Source: an uncultured Clostridia bacterium | Lineage (GTDB): Bacteria > Bacillota > Clostridia > TANB77 > CAG-508 | Direction of reading: 5' to 3' | Assembly: GCA_947626765.1 (NCBI GenBank) | Contig: CANQTQ010000003.1 | Span: 4,362-68,361 of the forward strand | Length of the DNA stretch: 64,000 bases | Shown here: positions 1 through 10,430 of the stretch, in pieces | Layout of the letters: each line of letters starts with the position of its first letter | Position numbering within the stretch: the first letter of the stretch is position 1 | The notes under the pieces: generated by a model | What the model was told of the DNA's origin: nothing | Database searches by the model: none | Seen by the model: only the letters and a program-made list of their open reading frames with translations | Program-made: the position numbers and the translations under genes

Positions 1-792
1 TCCAAGTTCTCTACAAAGATATGAATACTCATCTTCTGGATCTATTACTAGTATTTTTGATGTTGGCACTTCATTATATATTAAATGTTTTACAGCCATA
101 CTTTTTCCTGAACCAGAGCTTCCTACAACTACCATATTACTATTGCCTCTATTAGAATTTTTTAGCCATAAATTAAATATTATAATTCCACCTTTTTGAT
201 TAATTCCAAAATAGTATCCTCCAGGATCAATAAAAGTATTTGTATTAAATAAAAAACCTCCTGTAAAAGAACTTGTTAGTATGTTTCTTTTAAAATATTC
301 ACTTAATTCTGTTTGTATTGTAAAAAATGGTGCTACTGCTTTGTACCCATCCATAAGTAAATAATTTGTTAAAGGTCTTAACTTCAATTTTTGCTTTCGT
401 ATCTCTCTTTCTACTTCTTTACATTTTTTATTTAAATCGTTTTCTTCTTGTGCTGTTACTAAAATATAAATAGTTAAATATGACACCACTTCATTGTTAT
501 TAATCATTCTGCTTATAATTTCACTTGCCTCTATAACTTCCATTTCTCTTAATTGTCTAGTTGATTCATTTTTAGCAAGTTTTGCTAATCCTGATGCATC
601 CCTAATCCTACTATCTAAATTTTCTATTAGTTCTGCATTATCTGTCGGTTCAATGTTTATAGAGAATATTGCTCCAACATTGCTAACTAATTCTCCAAGC
701 CACCCCATCTCTACATTACTTGGATAATGAACTATTGTATATATTTTAGAGAATCTATCTCCTAAATATATTTTATTTCTGTCAAATGTCAT
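1..792 (-). CDS. Conjugative transfer ATPase, VirB4/TcpF-like (AAA-like/DUF87). N-terminal 264 aa only; the gene continues past the window start
   Basis: Open minus-strand frame from an ATG at ~792 (GGAGG 8 nt upstream) down to position 1 with no stop. Walker A motif VVVGSSGSGKS sits ~220 aa in. It lies in a conjugation gene cluster. It is missing from the ORF track because its stop lies outside the window. Confidence 0.6.
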   Translation of the reverse strand, partial: MTFDRNKIYLGDRFSKIYTIVHYPSNVEMGWLGELVSNVGAIFSINIEPTDNAELIENLDSRIRDASGLAKLAKNESTRQLREMEVIEASEIISRMINNNEVVSYLTIYILVTAQEENDLNKKCKEVEREIRKQKLKLRPLTNYLLMDGYKAVAPFFTIQTELSEYFKRNILTSSFTGGFLFNTNTFIDPGGYYFGINQKGGIIIFNLWLKNSNRGNSNMVVVGSSGSGKSMAVKHLIYNEVPTSKILVIDPEDEYSYLCRELG

Positions 793-824
793 TCCTCCGA
801 ACTGGTGTGATTAAATCAATTAAA

Positions 825-1544
825 TCATAATTTGTTTGTACTTTCTTCAATAGCTTTCTCCTTTAGGAGCTTTGCTTCTTCAATTCTCCTTTTTGCTATT
901 TCATAATAGTCTTTGTCAATTTCAAAACCGATATATTTTCTATTTTTATTTATTGCTCCTACAAGTGTTGTCCCTGAACCTGCATAACAATCTAAAACTA
1001 CATCACCTTCATTGCTCGAATTTAGTATATGATATTCAATTAATTGCAGTGGTTTAATTGTAGGATGCTTGTATTTCTTTTTATCTACTTGATTTGTTCC
1101 TGAAATATAATACTTTCGCTTTGTATGGTAATTTCCATATAATTTTACTCCTTTTTCTCTAAAGAACAAAATATATTCTGTATCTGGTAAATAATTATTA
1201 TTTGTTAAAGGGCTTGGATTTTGTTTGTGCCAAGTTAATATTTCGTGATTACAATTTTTATCACTGAAATAATTTAAAATATCTCGTACTTGCCTTTTAG
1301 AGCAATAAATATATATGTTAATTTTTTTCATTTTTTGTATTAATAAATCAAGAACTTTTAAATCAAAACCATCTTTTAGGTTTAATAAATCATTAGCATA
1401 TTTATTAAATTTCTTTGTATGTTTTACTCTGTTTAAATTAAGTAAATATGGTGGATCAATAATTACTAAATCAATGCTATTGTCATCTAACAACTTTAAT
1501 CCTTCCATACAATCCATGTTATATATTTCATTTGTTTCTAACAA
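825..1544 (-). CDS. DNA methyltransferase, beta-class N6-adenine/N4-cytosine (pfam01555-like)
   Basis: Motif IV (IIDPPY) lies near the N-terminus and motif I (LDCYAGSGTT) near the C-terminus. This IV-then-I order is typical of ParB-less beta-class methylases on mobile elements. Confidence 0.8.
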   Translation of the reverse strand: MLETNEIYNMDCMEGLKLLDDNSIDLVIIDPPYLLNLNRVKHTKKFNKYANDLLNLKDGFDLKVLDLLIQKMKKINIYIYCSKRQVRDILNYFSDKNCNHEILTWHKQNPSPLTNNNYLPDTEYILFFREKGVKLYGNYHTKRKYYISGTNQVDKKKYKHPTIKPLQLIEYHILNSSNEGDVVLDCYAGSGTTLVGAINKNRKYIGFEIDKDYYEIAKRRIEEAKLLKEKAIEESTNKL

Positions 1545-1546
1545 TA

Positions 1547-2182
1547 CTACTCCTTTCTTTTAATTTGAACAATATTATCCATATAATCTGTTCCTTCTGT
1601 TCTTGCAAATTCTGGTATAGTGAAACTTTTTACTAATAAAATAATGTCTGTTTCTTTTAATATTTCACTATGCAATTCACAATTTCTAAATCTTGAAATC
1701 CAATTATTTGCTCTTTTATTGATTTCAACTTCTGCATTTTCTTCATTTTTTATCCATATTAGTAAATAGAATTCATTTTCAATAATATCCTTATCTGCAA
1801 CTAAATTACTTGTAAATTTGATCCTTTGCTCAACTATTTTTTTGCTTATGTCATTTTCACATTTATTTTTTAATTCTTCTTGCTCGTGGATATGCTCTGA
1901 TATATCAACAGCTCTTGGTATTACAAGAATTTTATATGGATATTGCTCATTTGCAAATTCAACACTCATCAAATCCATTTTAGCTTCTAATTCATCTTCA
2001 GAAAGCAAATCAGTATTAATTGGACTCACTTTAATAAAAAGAATTATCTGTCCATCTAATGTAACAAGATAATTCTTATTTTTGGGAATATCCTTAATAT
2101 TTAAAAATTCATTTAGTGTTATATTATTTTTTTTCGCTTTTATTAATGTTAATATGTTTTTTATTGAAATCACCCCTTCCAT
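1547..2182 (-). CDS. hypothetical protein, conjugation module
   Basis: 211-aa ORF co-directional with the cluster. It overlaps the upstream gene by 59 nt. Confidence 0.45.
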   Translation of the reverse strand: MEGVISIKNILTLIKAKKNNITLNEFLNIKDIPKNKNYLVTLDGQIILFIKVSPINTDLLSEDELEAKMDLMSVEFANEQYPYKILVIPRAVDISEHIHEQEELKNKCENDISKKIVEQRIKFTSNLVADKDIIENEFYLLIWIKNEENAEVEINKRANNWISRFRNCELHSEILKETDIILLVKSFTIPEFARTEGTDYMDNIVQIKRKE

Positions 2183-2474
2183 ATTTATACTCTTTTTGTA
2201 TAAAACTAAATTTTACTATATTTATTATTGAATCTAACATTGAGAAGTTATTTTGTCCTTTTATTAAAGTAATTACACTAACAACTATTACACCTAGCAC
2301 AAAAAATGTTGAAAATAAAGCTTGATGTGTAAATAAATAAACAACATATGCAATAGCAGATGCTATTGCTCCTACAATTACAGTTTTAATTAATTCCTGC
2401 ATACCATATCCATCAAAAAATTCAGTTTTTAATTTAATTTCCGTTGGAATTTTTATCATTTTTTTATCTGTCAT
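2124..2474 (-). CDS. small membrane protein (2 TM), candidate T4SS component
   Basis: 116 aa with two hydrophobic helices, inside the transfer cluster. Confidence 0.45.
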   Translation of the reverse strand: MTDKKMIKIPTEIKLKTEFFDGYGMQELIKTVIVGAIASAIAYVVYLFTHQALFSTFFVLGVIVVSVITLIKGQNNFSMLDSIINIVKFSFIQKEYKYGRGDFNKKHININKSEKK

Positions 2475-3013
2475 TGTATGCCTCCTCCTTCTTTTTTATA
2501 ATTGACATATTGTGGGTATGTATAAGATGATGGAAAGATAAAACCATCTGCATCTCTATAATATTCAATATCTGCATAATATCCTTTCCAAAAATCTTGG
2601 CAATCTCCAAAAGGTCTTAAGTAAGATACATTTTCCACCACTTTTGCTGTAGAATATAAGCCAAAAGCATCATGTAGTGCTTCATCGTCTGTTAGTGCTG
2701 CAATTTTCTTATTTGTATCTGTTACAACATATCTCTTTCCATTAATAGTAACAACTTCTCTTCCTTGACAATCTTTGTCTTCTATTTTATCAATTGTCAT
2801 ATCTGCCAATTGTCCATCTGTTATTTCTACCGTACTTCCAAAATAGTACTTTGGAATTTCTACTAATGTTAATGAAAGTGTAATTAATATTGTGGCAATT
2901 ATTACATGTTTTGCAAGTTTTAAATATTTTGCTTTATTATCTGGATCAGTTCCAACTTTTATCATTAGAATAATAAAAGCTACTCCTGCAATTGCTATGC
3001 CTAAATTTCTCAT
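2471..3013 (-). CDS. membrane-anchored hypothetical protein
   Basis: N-terminal TM segment. Its start overlaps the next gene's stop as ATGA. Confidence 0.45.
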   Translation of the reverse strand: MRNLGIAIAGVAFIILMIKVGTDPDNKAKYLKLAKHVIIATILITLSLTLVEIPKYYFGSTVEITDGQLADMTIDKIEDKDCQGREVVTINGKRYVVTDTNKKIAALTDDEALHDAFGLYSTAKVVENVSYLRPFGDCQDFWKGYYADIEYYRDADGFIFPSSYTYPQYVNYKKEGGGIQ

Positions 3014-3039
3014 TACTGATACTATTTCCTTTAATGTTT

Positions 3040-3904
3040 CTATTTTTTACCACCTCCTAATGATCTAAATCCACTAAATTTTGGTGTTAAAGCTCTAATT
3101 GATCTTGCAGTATTACCTGCTGAATTTATAATACTTCCATGTGGTTTTATCATATATCTAGCTAGAATCATTGGTGTATTTACTGATACTATTGCAATTG
3201 CTATACCATAAACTAAATGTCCGTTTATTAATGTTAAAATTGATAAATTTAGTAATGTTAGCTGTACTACTAATGTAAAAGCTGTCATTAAAAAGTTTCG
3301 TATATATTCAGGGAAAACTCCTTCATCTGAATTTAGCAACCCAATAGACGCAAATGGAATACCTAATCTCATTATTAGCATTTCTATTCCGTTTCATAAT
3401 AAATTGGCAAATTAGAATCAACCATACTATTAGAAGAACTAAACAAGCTACTGCTGTAAATATTCCTCCACCCATATTTCCTGTCAACACTTCTGCCAAA
3501 TTAGTACCCTGTACTTGCATTGTATTTAAAATGCTATTTAAAAACTCTTGGACTATTCCTACAAATATATAGTAAATTTCTTTAAAACATATCATAACAA
3601 TTACAGCTTTTAACATTCCTATACATAATTGAACTGGATTTTGCTCATTGTCTCCTTCTCTCATCATGAAATATATTTTTATAGCTTTGGCTATGAAAAC
3701 AATAACTAGTAAGAATATTGCATAATTAAATATAGTTTCATAAATACTATTAAAGTTTATATAACTGCCATCTGCCACCTTAATTCCACCAAGTTCTCGT
3801 TCTATAAAAAATACTAGATTTAGCATACTTTTAAATAGTGAATTTAAAGTTGCTTCCGAGCCTCCTATAAATTTTTCTATTAACTCTACAAGCATATCTG
3901 CCAT
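3040..3904 (-). CDS. TrbL/VirB6-like polytopic membrane protein. The reading frame is interrupted (ORFs 3323..3904 and 3040..3381) at a CGG codon, + strand ccg 3389-3391
   Basis: Multi-TM protein in the transfer cluster. The two frames join as ...CQFIMK[G]IEMLIMRLGIPF... if the C of AAA-CGG-AAT is skipped. Confidence 0.55.
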
Positions 3905-3921
3905 TATGCATCACCTCACTT

Positions 3922-4356
3922 TTATTCTTCACCGAATAGTTCTTCTTCGATATTTTCTTGTTCAGATAATTCTTGCTTTGCTAGTTTTAGACCATTTCTT
4001 AAATTCTCATTTTTGTTTATATCATCAATTGTTAATTCTAATGCTGATAGTGTTTCATCTAAATCTAATGTTAATGAATATTCATGATTTACTAACTCGT
4101 ATACAAACATATCTTTTATGAAGCCTTTTCCTGTTTTATCTTCCTTAATTGCTTGTTTGTATTCATCATCAAATTTTTTCATCATTGAGTTATATTTAGT
4201 TATGTCACTTTTTCTTATAAAACCTCCTGCACCAATTGAAGTTAATTCATTTTCCTGATTTACATTTAATTGTTTCATACCTTCCTTAAATTGTTCATCA
4301 CTAAATGCAAACATTACTGGAAAATTACTGAATTCTTGCTGATGTTTATGTTTCAT
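3922..4356 (-). CDS. hypothetical protein with an acidic C-terminal tail (..EEELFGEE)
   Basis: 144-aa ORF in the cluster. Confidence 0.5.
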   Translation of the reverse strand: MKHKHQQEFSNFPVMFAFSDEQFKEGMKQLNVNQENELTSIGAGGFIRKSDITKYNSMMKKFDDEYKQAIKEDKTGKGFIKDMFVYELVNHEYSLTLDLDETLSALELTIDDINKNENLRNGLKLAKQELSEQENIEEELFGEE

Positions 4357-4454
4357 TTCTTTATATTTGTTTATTTTTTTAATAATTAATCACCTCTTTT
4401 ACACAAAAAAGAATACCATGTATTCTAATCTATTTTTCTATATAAATTTAAAGT

Positions 4455-4799
4455 TTATTTATAAAAACTTAATATAGCATCAATTAGTGCTAAACCACAA
4501 GTTATTAGTACCATTGCTATCAATGTTGTTTTTATATTTTGAATATTTTTTCTTCTCTCTCCCTCATCATTTGTTTTTAAGCAATATACATAATAAACAA
4601 AATAACCTCCACAAATTGTTATGCCAATTCCTACTAACCAATTAATTACTGCATTTACTAGATTTTCTGTTCCAGTTACAAGTTTAGTGTTTTCAAAACT
4701 ACTTGCAAAAACAATTTGATGCATTGAAAATATTACTAATGCAATTACTATTATTTTTATTAAAATTTTAGATATCTTCTTTATCTGATCTGTTCTCAA
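4455..4799 (-). CDS. small membrane protein (3 TM), candidate T4SS component
   Basis: 114 aa, hydrophobic. Confidence 0.45.
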   Translation of the reverse strand: MRTDQIKKISKILIKIIVIALVIFSMHQIVFASSFENTKLVTGTENLVNAVINWLVGIGITICGGYFVYYVYCLKTNDEGERRKNIQNIKTTLIAMVLITCGLALIDAILSFYK

Positions 4800-6667
4800 T
4801 TTTTTCCTTTCTTTGCATAACTCCTAAATTATGCCTTATTTGATCTATATCGTATAAATCATCTTGTTCTTGATACTTATTCCAAATATCCCATATTTTT
4901 ATTTTTGATATTTCTCTAACTTTTCTTTGCTTTTCTCTTGTGATTCTTAATTTTTGGTTTTCTTCTCTTGTACCCATACCATTTAATTTATTGAAATATG
5001 TTTTACTAATATCAGGCACAGTTAGTAAAGCAGGCAATTCACTAGGTATCATTACTAATACATACGGACTTTCAATTCTTAATACCTCGTCTGGTGTTAA
5101 TAATTTTCTAGATATTAAACTCATACTACTACTGCTGTTATCATACTTAATATTAGAATTACTACTTTCACCATAGGCTTGTGTTGTATAAGTGCCTAGC
5201 TTATCTGAAACTTTTGTTGCTGTATCTATATTACTTGTTTTTAAATAAATCAAAGCACAGTTATCCATTATGTTTTGTGCTCCTTCTTTTCCATACTTTT
5301 CTTCAAGCTGGGCAAAACTTTGCAAACAAATTAAAAACCTTATATTTCTTCCTCTTGATACGGTCAACATACTTTGAAATGTATCTATTTTAGTAAAGTT
5401 AGCAAACTCATCTAAAATAAAGTTCATTCTTATATTTAATTCGCCTCCTTCCTCACGACTTGTCTCAACAAGTGCTGTATATAGTTGTTGAACTAGTATG
5501 CTACCTAATTTATGGTATGTTTCTCTGTCATCTGGCAATAAAACATAAATTGCTGTTCTTTTCTTTGCGAAATTTCTTAAGTCAAAATCTGATTTTTGTA
5601 TATTATTAGCAACATACTCATTTATAAACATTTGTAAAGTAGAAAGTGCTGCAGCCACAAAGCTCCCTCTTGTTTTTGATGGAGCAGTTCCGAGCTACTG
5701 CATAGAATTTCTTTATAGGATCGTCTGCTTCTTTTTCTTCCATGTATTTATCTATTAGCATTTTTCCATCTTTATCAGTTTTAAACATTTCTGCCACAAA
5801 ATAATATGCATTCGGTAAAGTTTGATACTCTCTTTTGCCTTTATTTTCTAAAATGACTGCCATTAATGCTGTTTTTATTACAGACTGTTCTCCATTTTTC
5901 CAAATAGGCTCTGTCCTATCATTACTTTCTACCAATATATTAACAATGTCGTTTATTAAACTTTCTGCAAGTGGTATATTGTCATCTTCTACTGCATTTA
6001 TAATAATATCTAAATAATTATACCAATTACTTTTTAAGAAATTTATAAAATCCAATGCTATAACATCATATCCCAGTTCTTTTAATTTTTCTGCTGTATA
6101 TAAATATAGTTCGCCTTTTACATCTGAAATAAACATGTTCTCCCCTGATAATCCTAACATTGTTATCGTTGGAATAATAATACTTCTACTTTTTCCAGAT
6201 CCTGAACTTCCTACTAAAAGCACATGAATATTGTTACTTATATAATATATTTTCTCCAAATTATTATCTTTTTCATAATTTACTATTACTCCTCCTGAAT
6301 CAAATGTAACTTTATTGTAATTTTTATTTCTATCAATAATGTTACAGTTAAATACTTTGTTATAGTCTTTTTTATCTAACCACCAGGAAGTACCATGCTG
6401 TCCTTCTCCTACTGGTTTAGGCACTTCTATTTTATCTGTTAATTTTATTTTTTCACTATGGTATATGTTCTTCCTCTTATTTGAAAACAGCAATAAAAAA
6501 GATGTTATAATAATTTCTAATACAAGAAATATTATTGCAACTTTTGGGTTACTAAATAATGTTTTTACAATAGTTTCTGTATTTATATATAGTAAATTAT
6601 TAAAGTTTTTACTTAATATAAAATGTAGGCTGACTGAAAAATAAGCACTAATGATAATGCTTACCAT
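4768..6667 (-). CDS. Type IV coupling protein, VirD4/TraG/TraD family. The reading frame is interrupted (ORFs 5618..6667 and 4768..5658) at a CGG, + strand ccg 5690-5692
   Basis: N-terminal TM helices, Walker A LLVGSSGSGKSRS, and the C-terminal VirD4 signature RNIRFLICLQSFAQLEEKYG. Both frames are open from 5618 to 5695. Skipping the C of GCT-CGG-AAC gives ..FYAVAGTAPSKTRGSF.. Confidence 0.7.
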
Positions 6668-6759
6668 TAATGCTATAATAATTAAAATTCTTCTGTTAAT
6701 TTTTCTCTCCTTCTATTTGGAGCTCTATCTCCTCCTTACTTTATATATTTTTATTTTGT

Positions 6760-7452
6760 TTATTCAAATTCTTCTGTTTCTTCATCGCTTTTGTTTTCTT
6801 TATCTGTCTCATTAGAATTTGTTTTGTTTCCGTCTAGCCATGCATAAAATCCTTCTACTATTATGCCTCTAGGTCTGTTTTTTTCTATATATTCCTTTTC
6901 TTTATCTGGTGTTATATATTTATGTCGCATTTTTTCAAGTTTTTCATAAGTAAGTGGTATATCATTTAGTAATTCTATTTGATGCTTATTTACTTCCTCT
7001 AAATTAAACATTGTCATATTTTGGTCTGTCAGCAATTCAAATCTATACATAAAAGTTTGCACTTTTTTAGGTTCTATATAATTTGGATTTATTGTATATG
7101 AGCAAAAATGTGTTGCTTTATGTTCTGCTAATTCTTCTAATGTATTAATAGGTACATACTCTTGTTTTACTTGTTCTAATTGCTCATCTGAAAGTAAATG
7201 TTCTTCCCTGTGTAATAGGTCTTTACCTTTATATGTTGGTTGTATTGCACCACATGGAACACCTAAGCTAATCAATGCTACTACTTTTTTATCATTTAAA
7301 TAATTTGATAATGTAAAATCATCACTATACATATATTTGGTAATATCTATTCTCGCTGTATTATATTTTTTTATATTTTCTACACTTGTTATATTAATCT
7401 CCTCCTTATATTTCATCTTCCCAATTCCAAGATGAACTATTCCTTTTTTCAA
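6760..7452 (-). CDS. hypothetical protein, acidic tail ..DEETEEFE
   Basis: 230 aa. The true start is probably the internal MKYKEE. Confidence 0.5.
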   Translation of the reverse strand: MKKGIVHLGIGKMKYKEEINITSVENIKKYNTARIDITKYMYSDDFTLSNYLNDKKVVALISLGVPCGAIQPTYKGKDLLHREEHLLSDEQLEQVKQEYVPINTLEELAEHKATHFCSYTINPNYIEPKKVQTFMYRFELLTDQNMTMFNLEEVNKHQIELLNDIPLTYEKLEKMRHKYITPDKEKEYIEKNRPRGIIVEGFYAWLDGNKTNSNETDKENKSDEETEEFE

Positions 7453-8644
7453 TAGCTTTTTCCTTTCTTGCCTGTTTTGATAATTGTTTTTTATATTTTA
7501 ATTGTAACATTTTATATTTATTTTCCTCTCTATTAGATAAGCTACAAAGAAAATCAAAAATTCCATTGATATATGTTCTTGTTTCATTTATATATCTACT
7601 ATTAGTATAGTCTCCATTGCTATTTAATAGTTTCCTCTCAAAGTCAAGAACCTTATTTCCTATTAGCTTTAAAACCTCTTTCTCGGTTTCAGTTTTAATT
7701 TTCTGTTGTTGATATTGTAGCTTTTTTTCATTACTATATCTAAATTCTACTATTTTCTGTTTTGCATTCATATAATTTTCTATTTGCAATTTGCACTCAT
7801 AAGATGTGTCTATTATTTTATTTGATATAATGTCAATTTTTTTTATTATATTAGGGTATTTTTTTAAATACTCATATTTAATGCTTCCTTCTGTTGCTTG
7901 TAAATCTTGTTTTAAATCAAGAATTAATTCTATAATTTCTTTTAGATCCTCATCTTTAAATATTTGTCTCATAATTTTATTTGTTTGAGAATTTTTTTCA
8001 TATTTTATAATACTATTGATAAAATCATTATTTTGGCTTACTTGTTTTAGTTTATTTATAATTTGGTTTTCTGCAAGAATATTTTTCTTTGCTAGATCTT
8101 TTTCCTGATATATTGGAAGTAAATCTTCTCTAAAAACATCATTTGTAAACTCTAGCCTTAATTTATCTTTAAGCTGATATTTAATATAATAATTACTTTT
8201 TTCTTTTCCTTTACTCCAGATCATAAACTGAAAATGTGGATGTCCTTTTTCTAAATGTACTGCTCCAATATATTGTAAATCTTCATATTTTACATTTAAT
8301 TTACTTGCAATACTTGGTAATTTATTTTCTAAAAGTTCTTGCCATTTTTCTTGATTTAAATATCCTAATCTACTAGCATCATACTCACTTAAAGATATCA
8401 TTCCTCTGTAGATAGGTATTTTTTGATTTGCTAACTTTGTTATATGCTTTGATATTTCATCAACCGTTTCCATGTTTCTAATATCAGGAAATAACTCTAC
8501 TTTTCCAAATAATCCATGACTTGTATTTTTATTTTTGATAGCATATACACTATTAGCAAGATAGTTAGTATATATTTTATGCTTAAAAAATGTTGTTCTT
8601 AAGTTCGGATTTAATGTTTCTAATTTAAAAATAAGTCTACTCAT
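7406..8644 (-). CDS. Relaxase, MobA/MobL (MOBQ/MOBP-type) family
   Basis: The motif AVHLEKGHPHFQFMIW matches relaxase motif III (H-x-[DE]-x-x-H-P-H-x-H/Q..I), as in HTDTDHPHCHIVV. The 412-aa protein is basic at the N-terminus and ends ..WEDEI. Confidence 0.6.
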   Translation of the reverse strand: MSRLIFKLETLNPNLRTTFFKHKIYTNYLANSVYAIKNKNTSHGLFGKVELFPDIRNMETVDEISKHITKLANQKIPIYRGMISLSEYDASRLGYLNQEKWQELLENKLPSIASKLNVKYEDLQYIGAVHLEKGHPHFQFMIWSKGKEKSNYYIKYQLKDKLRLEFTNDVFREDLLPIYQEKDLAKKNILAENQIINKLKQVSQNNDFINSIIKYEKNSQTNKIMRQIFKDEDLKEIIELILDLKQDLQATEGSIKYEYLKKYPNIIKKIDIISNKIIDTSYECKLQIENYMNAKQKIVEFRYSNEKKLQYQQQKIKTETEKEVLKLIGNKVLDFERKLLNSNGDYTNSRYINETRTYINGIFDFLCSLSNREENKYKMLQLKYKKQLSKQARKEKAIEKRNSSSWNWEDEI

Positions 8645-9098
8645 TTCTGTATATCTCTCCTATGGAATAGAAATCATATAAATCTTTTTCTGTCATTTCT
8701 GATGTATCTTTATTTACAAAATAGTTAGCTTTTTTTCTCGCATTAGATAATATATCTAAGAAATCTTTGTGCATATCATCTCCAAGTATTTTGGAAAATA
8801 CTTCTCCTACAAGATAAGTATTAATTGCATTAGTTCTTAAATTTTTTGCATTTATTTTTCGTTGTGATTTTATAAAAGGATCTAATTTTGCCTCAATTAA
8901 CCTATCTAATTCTTTTATAATAAAGTCTAAATTATCTTTATAAATTTGTAAATTTATTTCCTTATCAATTCCAGCTCTTATTAAATCTGATGCTGTATTA
9001 TATGAACTTTTTTCAACTATTTTTGTAATCATTTCCTTTTTAAATTTAGGTATTTTTACAACTATTCTTACGAGTTCTTCTTCGCTATTCTTTTTCAA
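8637..9098 (-). CDS. hypothetical protein just upstream of the relaxase, overlapping it by 8 nt (possible relaxase accessory protein)
   Basis: Position and size only. Confidence 0.4.
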   Translation of the reverse strand: MKKNSEEELVRIVVKIPKFKKEMITKIVEKSSYNTASDLIRAGIDKEINLQIYKDNLDFIIKELDRLIEAKLDPFIKSQRKINAKNLRTNAINTYLVGEVFSKILGDDMHKDFLDILSNARKKANYFVNKDTSEMTEKDLYDFYSIGEIYRNE

Positions 9099-9264
9099 TT
9101 AATCCTCCATGCTCTCTCCCTATTTTTTCAAAATTGCTTTTAATAGCAATTTTGCAGGAAGAGGGAGTGCACTCCACTCCCACTAACTGCTAAAAAGCGT
9201 GGCTTTTTACGGGATGACCTAAAAATAAAGGGGTGCTTTTTGTAGCACCACTTTATTAGCTATA
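9099..9264 (-). promoter_or_regulatory. GC-rich intergenic region with nested inverted repeats. Candidate oriT, plus a rho-independent terminator for the upstream gene
   Basis: Perfect 12-nt palindrome GGAGTGCACTCC inside GGGAGTG..CACTCCC. Tight hairpin AAAAAGC-CAC-GCTTTTT. On the minus strand a GGTGC..GCACC stem is followed by a T-run. It sits two genes upstream of the relaxase. Confidence 0.35.
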
Positions 9265-9813
9265 TTATTCCATTTCTTCTTCATTATTTACAGTGTGTTC
9301 ATCAATATCATATCCCATCCTGTCGCCAAACATTTTATCAATTTTTCTCTCATCTTCTATACTTGAAGCTTTGTATAATTTATATATTTTATTATTTAAT
9401 GAAACTTGTATATTAGATTCTATAAGTGTATTTGGAATTTCACTTTTTGAAAATATTTCAAAATAATATCCTGATTTAACTGCAACCTTTTCATTTAGTT
9501 CTTCTTTTTTCATTTCTTCTGCAATATTAATGTACTTTAATGCAATTGGTTTGAATTTACTATATTGAAAATCATCTTTCATTTCATCCATCATATATTT
9601 TATTATTTCAATTATCTGTTCTGATCTTAAAGGTGTTGTATATACTCTTTTCAATTCTTTCTGTTGCTCTTTAGTTCCTAAATTTAAGTTTAAAGGAGAA
9701 TCACTTACATACTTCAATTTCATTAAAACACCAGCAAGTGACTCTCGATATTCTGTATCTAATTCATAAAGGCTATCTCGTATATCATCTATAGTTATAT
9801 TTGTTTTTTTCAC
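9265..9813 (-). CDS. hypothetical protein, acidic tail ..NNEEEME
   Basis: 182-aa ORF. Confidence 0.5.
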   Translation of the reverse strand: MKKTNITIDDIRDSLYELDTEYRESLAGVLMKLKYVSDSPLNLNLGTKEQQKELKRVYTTPLRSEQIIEIIKYMMDEMKDDFQYSKFKPIALKYINIAEEMKKEELNEKVAVKSGYYFEIFSKSEIPNTLIESNIQVSLNNKIYKLYKASSIEDERKIDKMFGDRMGYDIDEHTVNNEEEME

Positions 9814-9830
9814 TTTATTTCACTTCCTTA

Positions 9831-10430
9831 TTAATCAAATTCTTCTTCGTCTTCTAATCCTGCTTCATCTGTAATTTCTACATACTCTCCAATGATACAT
9901 AAGGCATCATCATAACTTTTACTAGCTGTTATCCTATCGCACATTTTTTTTGCTTCTTCCTTCATTCCATTTCGTTTTAATGTTTCCGATGCTATTCCCA
10001 TAAGGTTATATATATTTCCATTTTTGCCAATCAAAGCACATCTTGGTTTTGTTTTAGCCTCTTCTCGCATTGCATTATTATCAACTATGTCATCAAACCA
10101 TCTTCCTCCAACTTCAAATCTCGGTATAATAATTGCTCCTAAATTTTTTATATCATCATTCTTTACTGAAATTAAAGTCAAATTATCTTTATATTTGTTT
10201 GATCCTTTTAAGTTATAATTATTATTCATTGTTTTTCCTGAAATAATATATATAGGTAATGGATTAGCAACTTCAGAATATTCTTTTAGCCAATTTACCA
10301 TGCCATTTATACTTTCATCATCTGGGCAAATTCCTGTAAATGTTAAGGCAGAGCCATTATATAATTCATTTAATTGTTCTTTTGTAGTTACTTCTATTTT
10401 TGTTATTTTTTGTTCCATAGTTTCATTCAT
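9831..10430 (-). CDS. hypothetical protein, acidic tail ..DEEEFD
   Basis: 199 aa. Its ATG overlaps the upstream stop (ATGA), and the SD sequence lies inside the upstream gene's Glu codons. Confidence 0.5.
   Translation of the reverse strand: MNETMEQKITKIEVTTKEQLNELYNGSALTFTGICPDDESINGMVNWLKEYSEVANPLPIYIISGKTMNNNYNLKGSNKYKDNLTLISVKNDDIKNLGAIIIPRFEVGGRWFDDIVDNNAMREEAKTKPRCALIGKNGNIYNLMGIASETLKRNGMKEEAKKMCDRITASKSYDDALCIIGEYVEITDEAGLEDEEEFD

Noticed and set aside
494-727. Plus-strand 77-aa ORF (and similar short plus-strand ORFs throughout, e.g. 31386..31898, 37654..38055, 43003..43218, 45143..45325)
   Set aside because: Low-complexity antisense translations lying wholly inside well-supported minus-strand genes (here the VirB4-like ATPase). 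They have no RBS and no similarity.
2124-2182. 59-nt overlap between ORFs 1547..2182 and 2124..2474 as an eleventh frameshift
   Set aside because: There is no CGG in the overlap, and the downstream protein can plausibly start later. I treat it as ordinary gene overlap, not an interruption.
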